Below are positions 7,334 to 15,773 of a DNA stretch of 28,817 bases, one piece after another. Position 1 is the first letter of the stretch. Each line of letters begins with the position of its first letter. Source of the DNA: an uncultured Candidatus Peribacteria bacterium (GTDB lineage Bacteria > Patescibacteriota > Gracilibacteria > Peribacterales > Peribacteraceae). Under the pieces are notes generated by a model that saw nothing but the letters and a program-made list of their open reading frames with translations, did no database searches and was not told where the DNA came from. The translations under genes and the position numbers were made by a program. The DNA is taken from the NCBI GenBank assembly GCA_964507835.1, contig CAZDQZ010000001.1, positions 2,584 through 31,400 on the forward strand. The letters run 5' to 3'.

Positions 7334-8476
7334 ATGACCATCACTCAAGCCCTCGATCAACAAGCCTGGGATGCCTTCCTCAGTCGTCAGCAGTACCGCC
7401 CGTTCCTCCAAAGCTGGACTATGGGGGAGGTGTACAGAGACATCGGGCAAGAGCCCGTCAGGATCGAAGCACGGGAAAACAATGAACTAATCGCAATCTG
7501 CTATGCACACGTTGTGCCAGCAAAACGAGGGAGGCATCTCTCGATTCCCTACGGCCCCATCATCGATTCCTCGCTTTCTGATGAACAAAAATCTGAAGTC
7601 CTGTGTGCTCTTACTCATGAACTCCAAAAGCTGGCAAAACAGTTTCAATGCACATTTGTCCGCATGAGTCCTTTTCAATCAATTATCAATTATCAATTAT
7701 CAATTATTCATTCCGTCCCCTCCCCACTCCATCTCCTCGCAGAGCACGTATGGTACGTACCTCTCACCACTCCTGACGCATGGACAAGCGAGATGCGACA
7801 GACGACGTACGATAGTCGATCAGAGGAAGAAATCCTCAAAGAGATGCGTAAAACGACGCGTAACCTCATCCGCAGAGCCGAGAAGGATGGCGTCACCATC
7901 GAGGTATCGACGAATCCTCTCCAAGATCTGGATGATCACTTCATCAGACTGCATGACGAAACACGCAAACGACACAAGTTTACGCCGTACTCCAATGCAT
8001 TCTTCAGAGCGCAGGTGAAGCACTTTGCTCCCCGGAATGAATGCACGGTCTACCTAGCCAAATACCAAGGAGACGTCATCGGAGCATCCGTCCACATGCA
8101 TGCATTCGGCGAAACAAGCTACCACCATGGTGCGAGTTCCAGCAATCATCATAAAATCCCCTCAAGCTATCTCCTGCAGTGGAGAGCAATCCAAGATGCG
8201 ATGAAACGGAAAGATCATGTCTATAACTTCTGGGGAATAGCGCCACGGAGCGATGAGCGATTAGCGATGAGCGATGAGCAAAAAAATGCTGATACACACA
8301 GCTCAAAGCTTACGGCTCAAAGCGTAAAGCACCCCTTCGCCGGTGTCACCCTGTTTAAAACCGGCTTCGGAGGCTCTTTACTCAATCTCCAGCACTGCAT
8401 GGATATCCCTGTTTCAAAAAAGTACTGGCTGACGTACGGGTTTGAAATATTCAGGAAGTGGCGACGAGGATTTTAG
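7334..8476 (+). CDS. FemAB/FemX-family peptidoglycan bridge-formation (aminoacyl-tRNA-dependent) transferase
   Basis: FLQSWTMG, SIPYGP, MRKTTRNLIRRAEKDGV, YHHGAS, LLQWRAIQDA, YNFWGI, GVTLFKTGFGG. Confidence 0.9.
   Translation: MTITQALDQQAWDAFLSRQQYRPFLQSWTMGEVYRDIGQEPVRIEARENNELIAICYAHVVPAKRGRHLSIPYGPIIDSSLSDEQKSEVLCALTHELQKLAKQFQCTFVRMSPFQSIINYQLSIIHSVPSPLHLLAEHVWYVPLTTPDAWTSEMRQTTYDSRSEEEILKEMRKTTRNLIRRAEKDGVTIEVSTNPLQDLDDHFIRLHDETRKRHKFTPYSNAFFRAQVKHFAPRNECTVYLAKYQGDVIGASVHMHAFGETSYHHGASSSNHHKIPSSYLLQWRAIQDAMKRKDHVYNFWGIAPRSDERLAMSDEQKNADTHSSKLTAQSVKHPFAGVTLFKTGFGGSLLNLQHCMDIPVSKKYWLTYGFEIFRKWRRGF
7679..7706 (+). repeat. Perfect heptamer repeat (TCAATTA)x4, in-frame
   Basis: Encodes SIINYQLSII. 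Confidence 0.95.
7785..7819 (+). repeat. Degenerate 7-bp-periodic tract (nnnnCGA x5), in-frame
   Basis: CAAGCGA GATGCGA CAGACGA CGTACGA TAGTCGA, in an apparent insertion before SEEEIL. Confidence 0.65.
8250..8330 (+). repeat. Bipartite, roughly inverted heptamer tract, in-frame
   Basis: GCGATGA GCGATTA GCGATGA GCGATGA, a spacer, then GCTCAAA GCTTACG GCTCAAA GCGTAAA GC. Confidence 0.9.
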
Positions 8477-8543
8477 AAGCAGAAATCCAATCGATAAATA
8501 TCGCTCTCTGTGCTATAATGAAACGAAATCCTTCCTCCAATAT

Positions 8544-8858
8544 ATGCCCACAAACACTGAATCTAGCTCTGGAACACCGATTGAGAAGAAGCTTGATCTC
8601 ATCATCGCGCACCTAGAAAAAATCGATGCTCGTGATCGGTTGCGCATGTGGGGAGGGTTCATCCGTGGATGCATCGCGATTGTACCGATTGCCTTCCTTG
8701 TCTGGAGTTCGTGGTACTTCGTCCAACATGGTGCAGATCTCATGAAACAAATAACGGATATTGCCGCCTCCTCCGCAGCCAAATATACCCAGACCTCTGG
8801 ACAAGGAATGGTCGATGAACTCATGAAGAAGTATTCATTCCCTGGTGCGACGAAGTAG
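8544..8858 (+). CDS. Small membrane protein, hypothetical
   Basis: ATG at 8544 follows TGcTATAAT (8511-8519); one TM (GFIRGCIAIVPIAFLVWSSWYF). Confidence 0.75.
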   Translation: MPTNTESSSGTPIEKKLDLIIAHLEKIDARDRLRMWGGFIRGCIAIVPIAFLVWSSWYFVQHGADLMKQITDIAASSAAKYTQTSGQGMVDELMKKYSFPGATK

Positions 8859-8925
8859 AGGATGAGGGGGGGTAGAGGATGAGATGATGTAGAGGAGGAG
8901 AGGGAGAGAAGGGTGACGTAGAACG
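8855..8925 (+). repeat. Purine-rich tract with 17-bp period (GTAGAGGAT...)
   Basis: GTAGAG at 8855, 8872 and 8889; includes the upstream gene's TAG. Confidence 0.7.
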
Positions 8926-8975
8926 TCTGAGAATCGCTTGCGAAGAAAGAAGCGTGCCGAAGGCAGGCTACGCCT

Positions 8976-9013
8976 CCTCATCCCCTACCCTTCTCCACTG
9001 CGGTGGAGAAGGG
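8976..9013 (+). repeat. REP-like palindrome, copy 1
   Basis: CCTCATCCCCTA followed by CCCTTCTCCAC-TGCG-GTGGAGAAGGG; near-identical inverted copy at 25428-25468. Confidence 0.8.
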
Positions 9014-9133
9014 TGACTCAAGAAATAAGAGAAACAGAGTTGGGAATCGCTTGCGCAAGCAAAAAAACGCGAAGCGTTGGGTGCCGAAGGCGGGTCCCGA
9101 CGCTGGAGCGTCTCCTTGAAGGGAAAGGGGTTC

Positions 9134-9166
9134 CGCAGGGGAAAACCGACAAGGTTTTCCCCTGCG
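9134..9166. terminator. 14-bp perfect hairpin between convergent genes
   Basis: CGCAGGGGAAAACC-GACAA-GGTTTTCCCCTGCG. Confidence 0.6.
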
Positions 9167-9224
9167 AATTTCAAAAGAGCGGAAGACCCCCATCTCCCGC
9201 TCTCGGTGGTTTCGTTTGGAAAGC

Positions 9225-10676
9225 CTACTGCGCCAGCTTCACGATGTCCTCCGCCGTCATGCCCGACGTCACGACGAAGCTCGGAAGCCGAAGGAGTTGT
9301 GCACGGGAGAAGTGCTTGTCGGGGAACTGTGAGACACCGAAGAGGTATGCCATGCTTCCCGCAGTCGACATCACGCGATCATTCACGCCTCCACGCGAGT
9401 ATCCAATCGCGTACACTTCTCGGCGTGTTAGATCCTCGATGAGCTTCTTGCTCTGCGAGAGCTCGAGGGACACCTCTGAATCTGTCATCGAACGCAGATC
9501 GTCACCGGTGTGACCGCCGGACTGCAAATCATTGCCATTGGCGAGAAGCGTGAGCACCATCTTCTCTGTGATCCCCGTCATGCCGATGTCCTTGGTCTGC
9601 AAGAACAGCGTAGCTCCCACTCCGGCACTCTGGAGTGCATCCGAAACCTGACGGACGTTCTTCGCATTCACAGAAGCCACCGTGAGGATCACGGTGTCCG
9701 GACTGATGCGTACATCCTTCGTCTCCTGTGCTACGACGATATCGTAGAGATTCTTGAGTGTCGTGATTTTCTTGCCTGCAGATTTGAGAGATGCAATGTG
9801 CTTCGGTAATGCAGCGATGCTCACGGTGTCATCGGCGTTATACTGTAGGACAGGAACGGTGTACCCATCCTGACGAACGAGGAAAACTGGGAGGAACTGC
9901 TTCAAGTATTGCGTCGAAACATAGCCTTCCTTGCCGTCGAAGTTCACACGAGCCCACTCACCATTCATCGAGATCGGCTTCACGATGGACTGCCCAGGAA
10001 GCTCAGCGACTTTCTCCGCTTGTGTGGATGGTTCCCGACGAATATTGAGGAAGGCGTAGTCGACGAAGTACTTCCCTTCAAACTGCTTTTTCTCCTCTGG
10101 TAGTCTCTGCTCTGTCGTAACTTTCGCGAGATAACGGAAAGAGACATATCCCTCTTTTCCGTTCTGCAAGCGAACTTTAGCCCAACCTGCGTTCGGGATC
10201 TCAAGCACGGTGAGCATGTCACCCTGGTTCAGTCGATCGATCTGCGTGGCCGTCACCTGCATCGACGAACGAACGTTGAGGAACGGATTATTGACGCGGT
10301 ACACATTCCCTCCCTGGTCGGTCACCGCTGTACGAATATTGTCGTACAACTTCTGCTTCGCCGAATCGACAACGAGAGGTGCAGAAGAACTTGTTAGGCC
10401 AGTCGTCTGCATCCCGGCTGAACTCACGCTGAACTCCGGCGTACCAGTCGAGCTCGAGCTCATCGTCGTCGCGGTTAGATCATCACCGAGCGTCTCTGTA
10501 CTGAGAGAAGAGCTACTGCTGGAGGCAACCGAGATTTCCTCCACCTTCTGCAGATCTTGATCGGTGAACGTCAGATCCTCAAATGTTGTATCCGGCTCGG
10601 GAGCCGACGAGCATCCGACGAAAAGAACGCCGAAGCAGAGAATGAGAACGAAGGTGGTAAGAGAACGACGGGACAT
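9225..10676 (-). CDS. Lipoprotein with two SH3b domains and a degenerate polysaccharide-deacetylase (CE4/NodB-like) domain
   Basis: Lipobox LFVGC; SH3b repeats (LNVRSS...GWAKVRL..GKEGYVS; LNIRRE...EWARVNFDGKEGYVS); C-terminal CE4-like pattern (ATLFL, ELSQSKKLIE, RLP). Confidence 0.85.
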   Translation of the reverse strand: MSRRSLTTFVLILCFGVLFVGCSSAPEPDTTFEDLTFTDQDLQKVEEISVASSSSSSLSTETLGDDLTATTMSSSSTGTPEFSVSSAGMQTTGLTSSSAPLVVDSAKQKLYDNIRTAVTDQGGNVYRVNNPFLNVRSSMQVTATQIDRLNQGDMLTVLEIPNAGWAKVRLQNGKEGYVSFRYLAKVTTEQRLPEEKKQFEGKYFVDYAFLNIRREPSTQAEKVAELPGQSIVKPISMNGEWARVNFDGKEGYVSTQYLKQFLPVFLVRQDGYTVPVLQYNADDTVSIAALPKHIASLKSAGKKITTLKNLYDIVVAQETKDVRISPDTVILTVASVNAKNVRQVSDALQSAGVGATLFLQTKDIGMTGITEKMVLTLLANGNDLQSGGHTGDDLRSMTDSEVSLELSQSKKLIEDLTRREVYAIGYSRGGVNDRVMSTAGSMAYLFGVSQFPDKHFSRAQLLRLPSFVVTSGMTAEDIVKLAQ

Positions 10677-10709
10677 GGAACGGGAGGGAAAAAAGGTGGA
10701 ATGAAAAAA

Positions 10710-12413
10710 TTACATGCGATCGGGAACGCGAATGGTAAGAATCTCCGCGCCAGTCTTGAGGACGCGGGCCGTATTCTTCGCGAGGAGGAGGCGAAATGTC
10801 CGAGTGTCCCCCGTCGACGTCAGTATGTCATCGGACGCGTAGAAACGATTGAAGGCCTGACACAATTCATAGATGTACACCGTCAATTTATGGGGAAGGT
10901 GATCCTTACGAGCAGACTCCAGCACATCACGGAACTGCACGAGGAGCTTGATGAGTGTGCGCTCTGCAGTGCTCAGACGATCGATGTTGGGCACCGCACT
11001 GATCTCTCCGTCCCCTGCCTTGCGGAGAACCGACATGGCGCGAGCATGGGTGTACTGAACGTACGGCGCACTATTGCCCTCGAAGCTGAGCATCTTGTCC
11101 CAGTCGAAGACCATATCCATTTTGCGATTCTGACTGAGGATGCCGTACACCAACGCTCCGATGCCGATCATCTCTGATAGTTCCTTCGGATCATCGGTCT
11201 GGATTTTCTCCCCTCGCTCTTTGATGATGGCATCCGCTCTCGTCACGGCTTCATCGAGTACTTCCTCTAAGCGCAGAATGTTGCCTTTGCGAGTGCTCAT
11301 CGCCTTGTCCGCAAAACGCATACGTCCGAAGAGCACATGCTCCAGTGCAGGCAGGTCCCATCCAAGCATGCGTACCGTCTCGAATAACTGCTGAAAATGA
11401 TTCTGTTGCTCGACGCCAACGACGTACACAATCGATGATGGATGCCAGGTGTCGATTCTGTAGCGGATCGTCGCGAGATCACGGGTGAGGTAAATGGTTG
11501 ACCCATCGGACTTCACGACGATGGCAGTCGGGATCTTCGTTGTTTCCGGGAATTCCACCACGAGTGCACCTTTCTCGCCTGTCGTAAATACGCCCTTCTT
11601 CTTACCCTCTTCGATCACCGGCGCCATACGATCTTCGTAGAAACTCTCGCCAAGCACCGCATCGAAACGAACGTGGAGCCGACGGTACACATCGTCCATT
11701 TCCCTGAGAGTAATCTCCACGACGGACGCCCAGAACGTCTTGAGCCCTGCATCTCCTTGCTCCAGGGACGCAAATGCAGCACGCCCCTCATCTTCCAGTG
11801 CTGGGCTCTTCTCCGCTTCGTCGTGAAAACGGACGTAGAGCTGAAGGAGCTCATCCACTGAATGTTCGCTCACGGGCTTCGTTCCCCACTTCGCATGGGC
11901 GACGGCCAATTTACCAAACTGCGTCCCCCAATCTCCAATGTGGCTGATGGCAACGACATCGTGACCGGTGAAGCGGTACAGATTCGCGATCGACTGACCA
12001 ATCATCGTCGTGAGGATGTGATGAATGCCGAGAGGTTTCGCAATATTAGGAGAGGAATACTCTACGATCACTGGCTGTGCCCCTTTCTTCGGCTTCTTTG
12101 GTACACACGACTCAGGGACTTCTGCGAGAACGCCACCCAGTGAACGATCGGTGAGAATAATATTCACAAAACCCGGTCCAGCGACGTCTGCAGACTGCAC
12201 GCCATCGACGGATTGCAGTCCGTCGGCCAACGCCTTCGCCACCTCCTGAGGCTTCTTGCCAACCTTCTTTCCATATTGCAAAGCAATCGAACTTGTTAAA
12301 TCACCATGACCTTCCTCCATACAAACATCGAAGTGGACAGTTGTCGATTCTCCAAAATTCTTCTTCAAAATCTCCTGAGCGATAGCCGATAAAGTATTTT
12401 GAAGTTCGAACAA
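10710..12413 (-). CDS. argS: Arginine--tRNA ligase
   Basis: AGPGFVNI, VEYSSPNIAK, HIGDWGTQFG, KSDG..IYLTRD, MSTRKG, FEGNSAPYVQYTHAR. Start probably TTG at 12413 (ORF track GTG 12494). Confidence 0.95.
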   Translation of the reverse strand: MFELQNTLSAIAQEILKKNFGESTTVHFDVCMEEGHGDLTSSIALQYGKKVGKKPQEVAKALADGLQSVDGVQSADVAGPGFVNIILTDRSLGGVLAEVPESCVPKKPKKGAQPVIVEYSSPNIAKPLGIHHILTTMIGQSIANLYRFTGHDVVAISHIGDWGTQFGKLAVAHAKWGTKPVSEHSVDELLQLYVRFHDEAEKSPALEDEGRAAFASLEQGDAGLKTFWASVVEITLREMDDVYRRLHVRFDAVLGESFYEDRMAPVIEEGKKKGVFTTGEKGALVVEFPETTKIPTAIVVKSDGSTIYLTRDLATIRYRIDTWHPSSIVYVVGVEQQNHFQQLFETVRMLGWDLPALEHVLFGRMRFADKAMSTRKGNILRLEEVLDEAVTRADAIIKERGEKIQTDDPKELSEMIGIGALVYGILSQNRKMDMVFDWDKMLSFEGNSAPYVQYTHARAMSVLRKAGDGEISAVPNIDRLSTAERTLIKLLVQFRDVLESARKDHLPHKLTVYIYELCQAFNRFYASDDILTSTGDTRTFRLLLAKNTARVLKTGAEILTIRVPDRM

Positions 12414-12581
12414 AGGAAGTGAACAGAGGAATGTCGCTAATGTATACCGTTCAAGTGTGAAGAAAAGACGAAACAATAATTTGTTCTTGATCACTCTTTT
12501 TCTTCATTGTTTAACGTATCTTTGTACAAAAAATGTATGCACGATCGTACACCCAATTTCGATCAACGAAAGTAGTCAAAA

Positions 12582-12640
12582 TGTGGAAAACTCTGTGGAT
12601 AAAATGTGAACAAAAGAAAAGTTTTCCGCACTGTGAAGAG
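12582..12640. promoter_or_regulatory. Cluster of DnaA-box-like 9-mers
   Basis: TGTGGAAAA (12582), perfect TGTGGATAA (12594), TGTGAACAA (12605), inverted TTTTCCGCA (12622), weak TGTGAAGAG (12632). Confidence 0.6.
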
Positions 12641-12680
12641 GTGAAATAGGAAAAGATGTCTACACATGAATAGCGCAATA

Positions 12681-12707
12681 TGCTATAATGTTTTGTATAG
12701 ATAGAAT
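12681..12707 (+). promoter_or_regulatory. Extended -10 promoter(s)
   Basis: TGcTATAAT at 12681-12689 and TAGAAT at 12702-12707, the latter 10 nt before ATG 12718. Confidence 0.5.
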
Positions 12708-12717
12708 ATAAACAACA

Positions 12718-13563
12718 ATGCATCCTAAAGCTCCTCTCATCATAGGCATGAGCTCACTCATGCTCTTCGCCTGTGCTGTCCCATGGAGGAATTCTGATTC
12801 CGTCGCTGTCTCCGGTGGGCGGAGTGCACTCTTCACGACTGATGCGCTGTCGTTGAGTGCGCTGAATAACACTGTCATCCGTCGATCGGCACTCCTCAGC
12901 CTCTATGTCGCAGACTACCTGTCACAGTCAGTCAATACGGAAATGCAAGGAGCCATTACCGCAGTCACTGCACAGAACATCATGATGCAGGCGCAGGAAA
13001 GTGTCCGTGACCCGGACTACGAACTCCTGCAAGCACTGCAAGACGCTCTCGAAGTCGACGTCGCTGATTTACTCAATCGTAGTGATAACCGTGAGCAAGC
13101 GCTCGATACGTACAGTGATGCGATGACGAACGTTGCAGAGCGCGCCAATGAGCGCTTCAAAGAACTCTCGAGTGTCCAGGAAGAACTCGCCGATCTCCTT
13201 AGGTCACAAAAGAAGGAGAAGACGACCGCGGAGAAAGACGTGAAGCAAGCACTCAAAGTCAAAGACTTCACACAAGCACAAGAACTGCAGAAGACGCTCC
13301 TGGAGAAGGAAAGCGCGTACGCCGATACGACACTGAAGAAGAGCCAAGTCGACGATATCGTCAGTATGCTCGACCAACTCCTGAATCTCTACGGCCAGAA
13401 AATCCTCGCCATCCAAAAGAACCGCGAAGCACTCATCGTGGGTGTGAAAGTGGTCGATGTCCCTGGCATCGATGACCTCCAGCTCATCGAACGCATCAAG
13501 AAGAAGAGCTCAAGAAGCAATGGATCATTCGATACGCTATTCCAGGGGACAGGGCTACAGTGA
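12718..13563 (+). CDS. Putative lipoprotein with long coiled coil, hypothetical
   Basis: Lipobox-like LFAC; heptad-rich charged helical body. Confidence 0.8.
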   Translation: MHPKAPLIIGMSSLMLFACAVPWRNSDSVAVSGGRSALFTTDALSLSALNNTVIRRSALLSLYVADYLSQSVNTEMQGAITAVTAQNIMMQAQESVRDPDYELLQALQDALEVDVADLLNRSDNREQALDTYSDAMTNVAERANERFKELSSVQEELADLLRSQKKEKTTAEKDVKQALKVKDFTQAQELQKTLLEKESAYADTTLKKSQVDDIVSMLDQLLNLYGQKILAIQKNREALIVGVKVVDVPGIDDLQLIERIKKKSSRSNGSFDTLFQGTGLQ

Positions 13564-13697
13564 GCGGAAAAGTGTCACAGTATGAAGTCCAAAGTACTCA
13601 TACTGCCATATTTCCCCACTGTCGAACTTCCGCACTTTTATAGAACTTTCGCACTTCCAAGATATCCCATTTTCTGGTATACTTATTCGATACGTCT

Positions 13698-15608
13698 ATG
13701 GCTACCACACCCACAAAAACCACAGCGCACAGTAGCGGGAAATTCTTGAATCTCCTCGATGAGCTCCTCGGGCTCCATGCCAACATCGACGAAATCCTCA
13801 AGAAAGATGATGATGACGGTACGTACAGCAAAGAGGAGAAGGACATCGTGCGTCGCTACGAAGAGGGCCTCCAGAAGATCCTCGATGTCATCGCTCCGGC
13901 GGGCCTCAAGTTCGATCGATCGATGATTCACCTCAACGAACAGTTGGTGGCTCGCAGTTTCTACGCATACAACTGGCCCAGTCAGATCTACCCGAACTGG
14001 CTCAGTCAGCTCATCAACTTCGACATCCAGCTCGACCTCTCGATGTTCATCTACCCCGCGAGCAACAAGGTCATCCTGAAGATGCTACGGAAGAAAGTCG
14101 CCGAAATGCGTAGTAGTATCCGCATGCTCCAGCAACGAGGCATCGTCCGTGATCCTGCGCTCGAAGCAGCGCTCCAGGACGCAGAAGAACTTCGCGACTT
14201 GCTCGCACGTGGCTCCGAGAAGCTCTTCCAGCTCGGGTTCTACTTCACCATCTACGCCGAGAACGAAGCGAAACTGAAGAAAGTGCAGACCGACGTGGAA
14301 GCCATCCTCGGTGGCAAGCTCATCCTCACGAAAGCGGCGGCATTCCAGATGGAGCACGGATGGAACAGCTGTCTCCCCTACTGTCTCGATGAACTCGACT
14401 TCAGTCGCAACATGAACACGCAGGCGCTCGCCACGAGCTTCCCGTTCAGTTCCTCGGACCTCACGGATGATCACGGCATTCTCTACGGCATCAACAGACA
14501 CAACGACTCGCTCATCATCTTCGATCGCTTCGACCTGCCGAATGCGAATGCGAACGTCTTCGCGACCTCCGGTGCCGGTAAATCCTACGTCGTGAAGCTA
14601 GAGATCCTTCGCTCGCTCATCCAAGGCGTGCAGGCATTCGTCATCGATCCAGAGAACGAATATGTCGATCTGTGTCGCACGGTCGGTGGCACGATGATCC
14701 CGATCTCTCTCCAAGGATCGCACCGCATCAATCCCTTCGATCTGCCACACGCCGTTCGAGGCGATGAAGCAGAGACAGGAGAAGTCCTGAGGAGTGCGGT
14801 CATCAACCTCCATGGTCTCTTCAAGCTCATGCTCGGGAGCATCACGCCAGCAGAAGAAGGTGTCCTCGACAAAGCCATCCTCGACACGTACGCCCTCAAA
14901 GGCATCACACTCGAGACTCTCGAACCGGGAAAACTGGAAGTGCCCACACTCAATGATTTGATCGACGTGCTCATGACGAGCCAAGGGGGAGAATCGATGG
15001 CACAGACTCTTCAGAAGTACACGAAGGGAAGCTTCTCCGGCCTCTTCGATAAGCCTACGAACGTCGAGCTCGATAACGAAATGGTCGTGTTTCAGATCCG
15101 CGACCTGGAGGACGTCCTCCGCCCGATCGCCATCTACGTCGTCCTTAACTTCCTTTGGAATCGTATCCGTAGCGACATGCGCCGACGCTTCCTCGTCATC
15201 GACGAAGCGTGGAACCTCATGCAGTACGAAGATTCAGCACAATTCTTGTACGGTCTCATCAAACGCGCGCGTAAGTACTACCTCGGTGTCACCACGATCA
15301 CACAAGACGTCGATGACTTCATCAACTCTCCGTACGGCAGACCGATCATCAGCAACACATCACTCCAGATGCTCCTGAAGCAATCAGCAGCGAGCGTGGA
15401 TAACCTCGCGAAGCTCTTCTATCTCACAGAGGGCGAGAAGTATCTGCTCCTCAACTCCGGCGTGGGACAGGGACTCCTCTTCGCCAACAACACGCACGTT
15501 GCGATCCAGGTCGTCGCGAGTCCGAGCGAGCACCAGATCATCACGACGAAGCCAGAAGAAGTCATGAAGAAGCGAGCGGATGAGAAAGAGAAAGTGGAAG
15601 GGAAATAA
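13698..15608 (+). CDS. virB4: VirB4-like (T4SS/conjugation-type) ATPase
   Basis: Walker A ATSGAGKS, VIDPENEY, INPFD, Walker B FLVIDEAW, RARKY, TITQDVDDF; preceded by TGgTATACT at 13675-13683. Confidence 0.88.
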   Translation: MATTPTKTTAHSSGKFLNLLDELLGLHANIDEILKKDDDDGTYSKEEKDIVRRYEEGLQKILDVIAPAGLKFDRSMIHLNEQLVARSFYAYNWPSQIYPNWLSQLINFDIQLDLSMFIYPASNKVILKMLRKKVAEMRSSIRMLQQRGIVRDPALEAALQDAEELRDLLARGSEKLFQLGFYFTIYAENEAKLKKVQTDVEAILGGKLILTKAAAFQMEHGWNSCLPYCLDELDFSRNMNTQALATSFPFSSSDLTDDHGILYGINRHNDSLIIFDRFDLPNANANVFATSGAGKSYVVKLEILRSLIQGVQAFVIDPENEYVDLCRTVGGTMIPISLQGSHRINPFDLPHAVRGDEAETGEVLRSAVINLHGLFKLMLGSITPAEEGVLDKAILDTYALKGITLETLEPGKLEVPTLNDLIDVLMTSQGGESMAQTLQKYTKGSFSGLFDKPTNVELDNEMVVFQIRDLEDVLRPIAIYVVLNFLWNRIRSDMRRRFLVIDEAWNLMQYEDSAQFLYGLIKRARKYYLGVTTITQDVDDFINSPYGRPIISNTSLQMLLKQSAASVDNLAKLFYLTEGEKYLLLNSGVGQGLLFANNTHVAIQVVASPSEHQIITTKPEEVMKKRADEKEKVEGK

Positions 15609-15773
15609 GTTGCTCGTATCCTCGTTGCTCGTTTTGGTGTGAATGAGTGAAATAATGAGGAGAGGTACGATACGATCGACGGAGAATCGGCAGAATTTTT
15701 GATGCGTATATATACCGAAAATATTTGCCAAGACCCTTGACAAAACAATGAGAAAAGTACAGTAATTGCGGGC

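Noticed and set aside
8938-9513. 191-aa plus-strand ORF
   Set aside because: It runs through palindromic repeats and antisense to the SH3 gene, and has no protein-like features.
13698-15608. VirB4 as evidence of an ICE or prophage
   Set aside because: No integrase, relaxase, att repeats or phage genes are present, and the neighbours are housekeeping genes.
15610-15680. Another periodic or inverted tract between virB4 and the pilin
   Set aside because: CTCG recurs at 8- then 7-bp spacing and arm complementarity is weak, so it was not counted.
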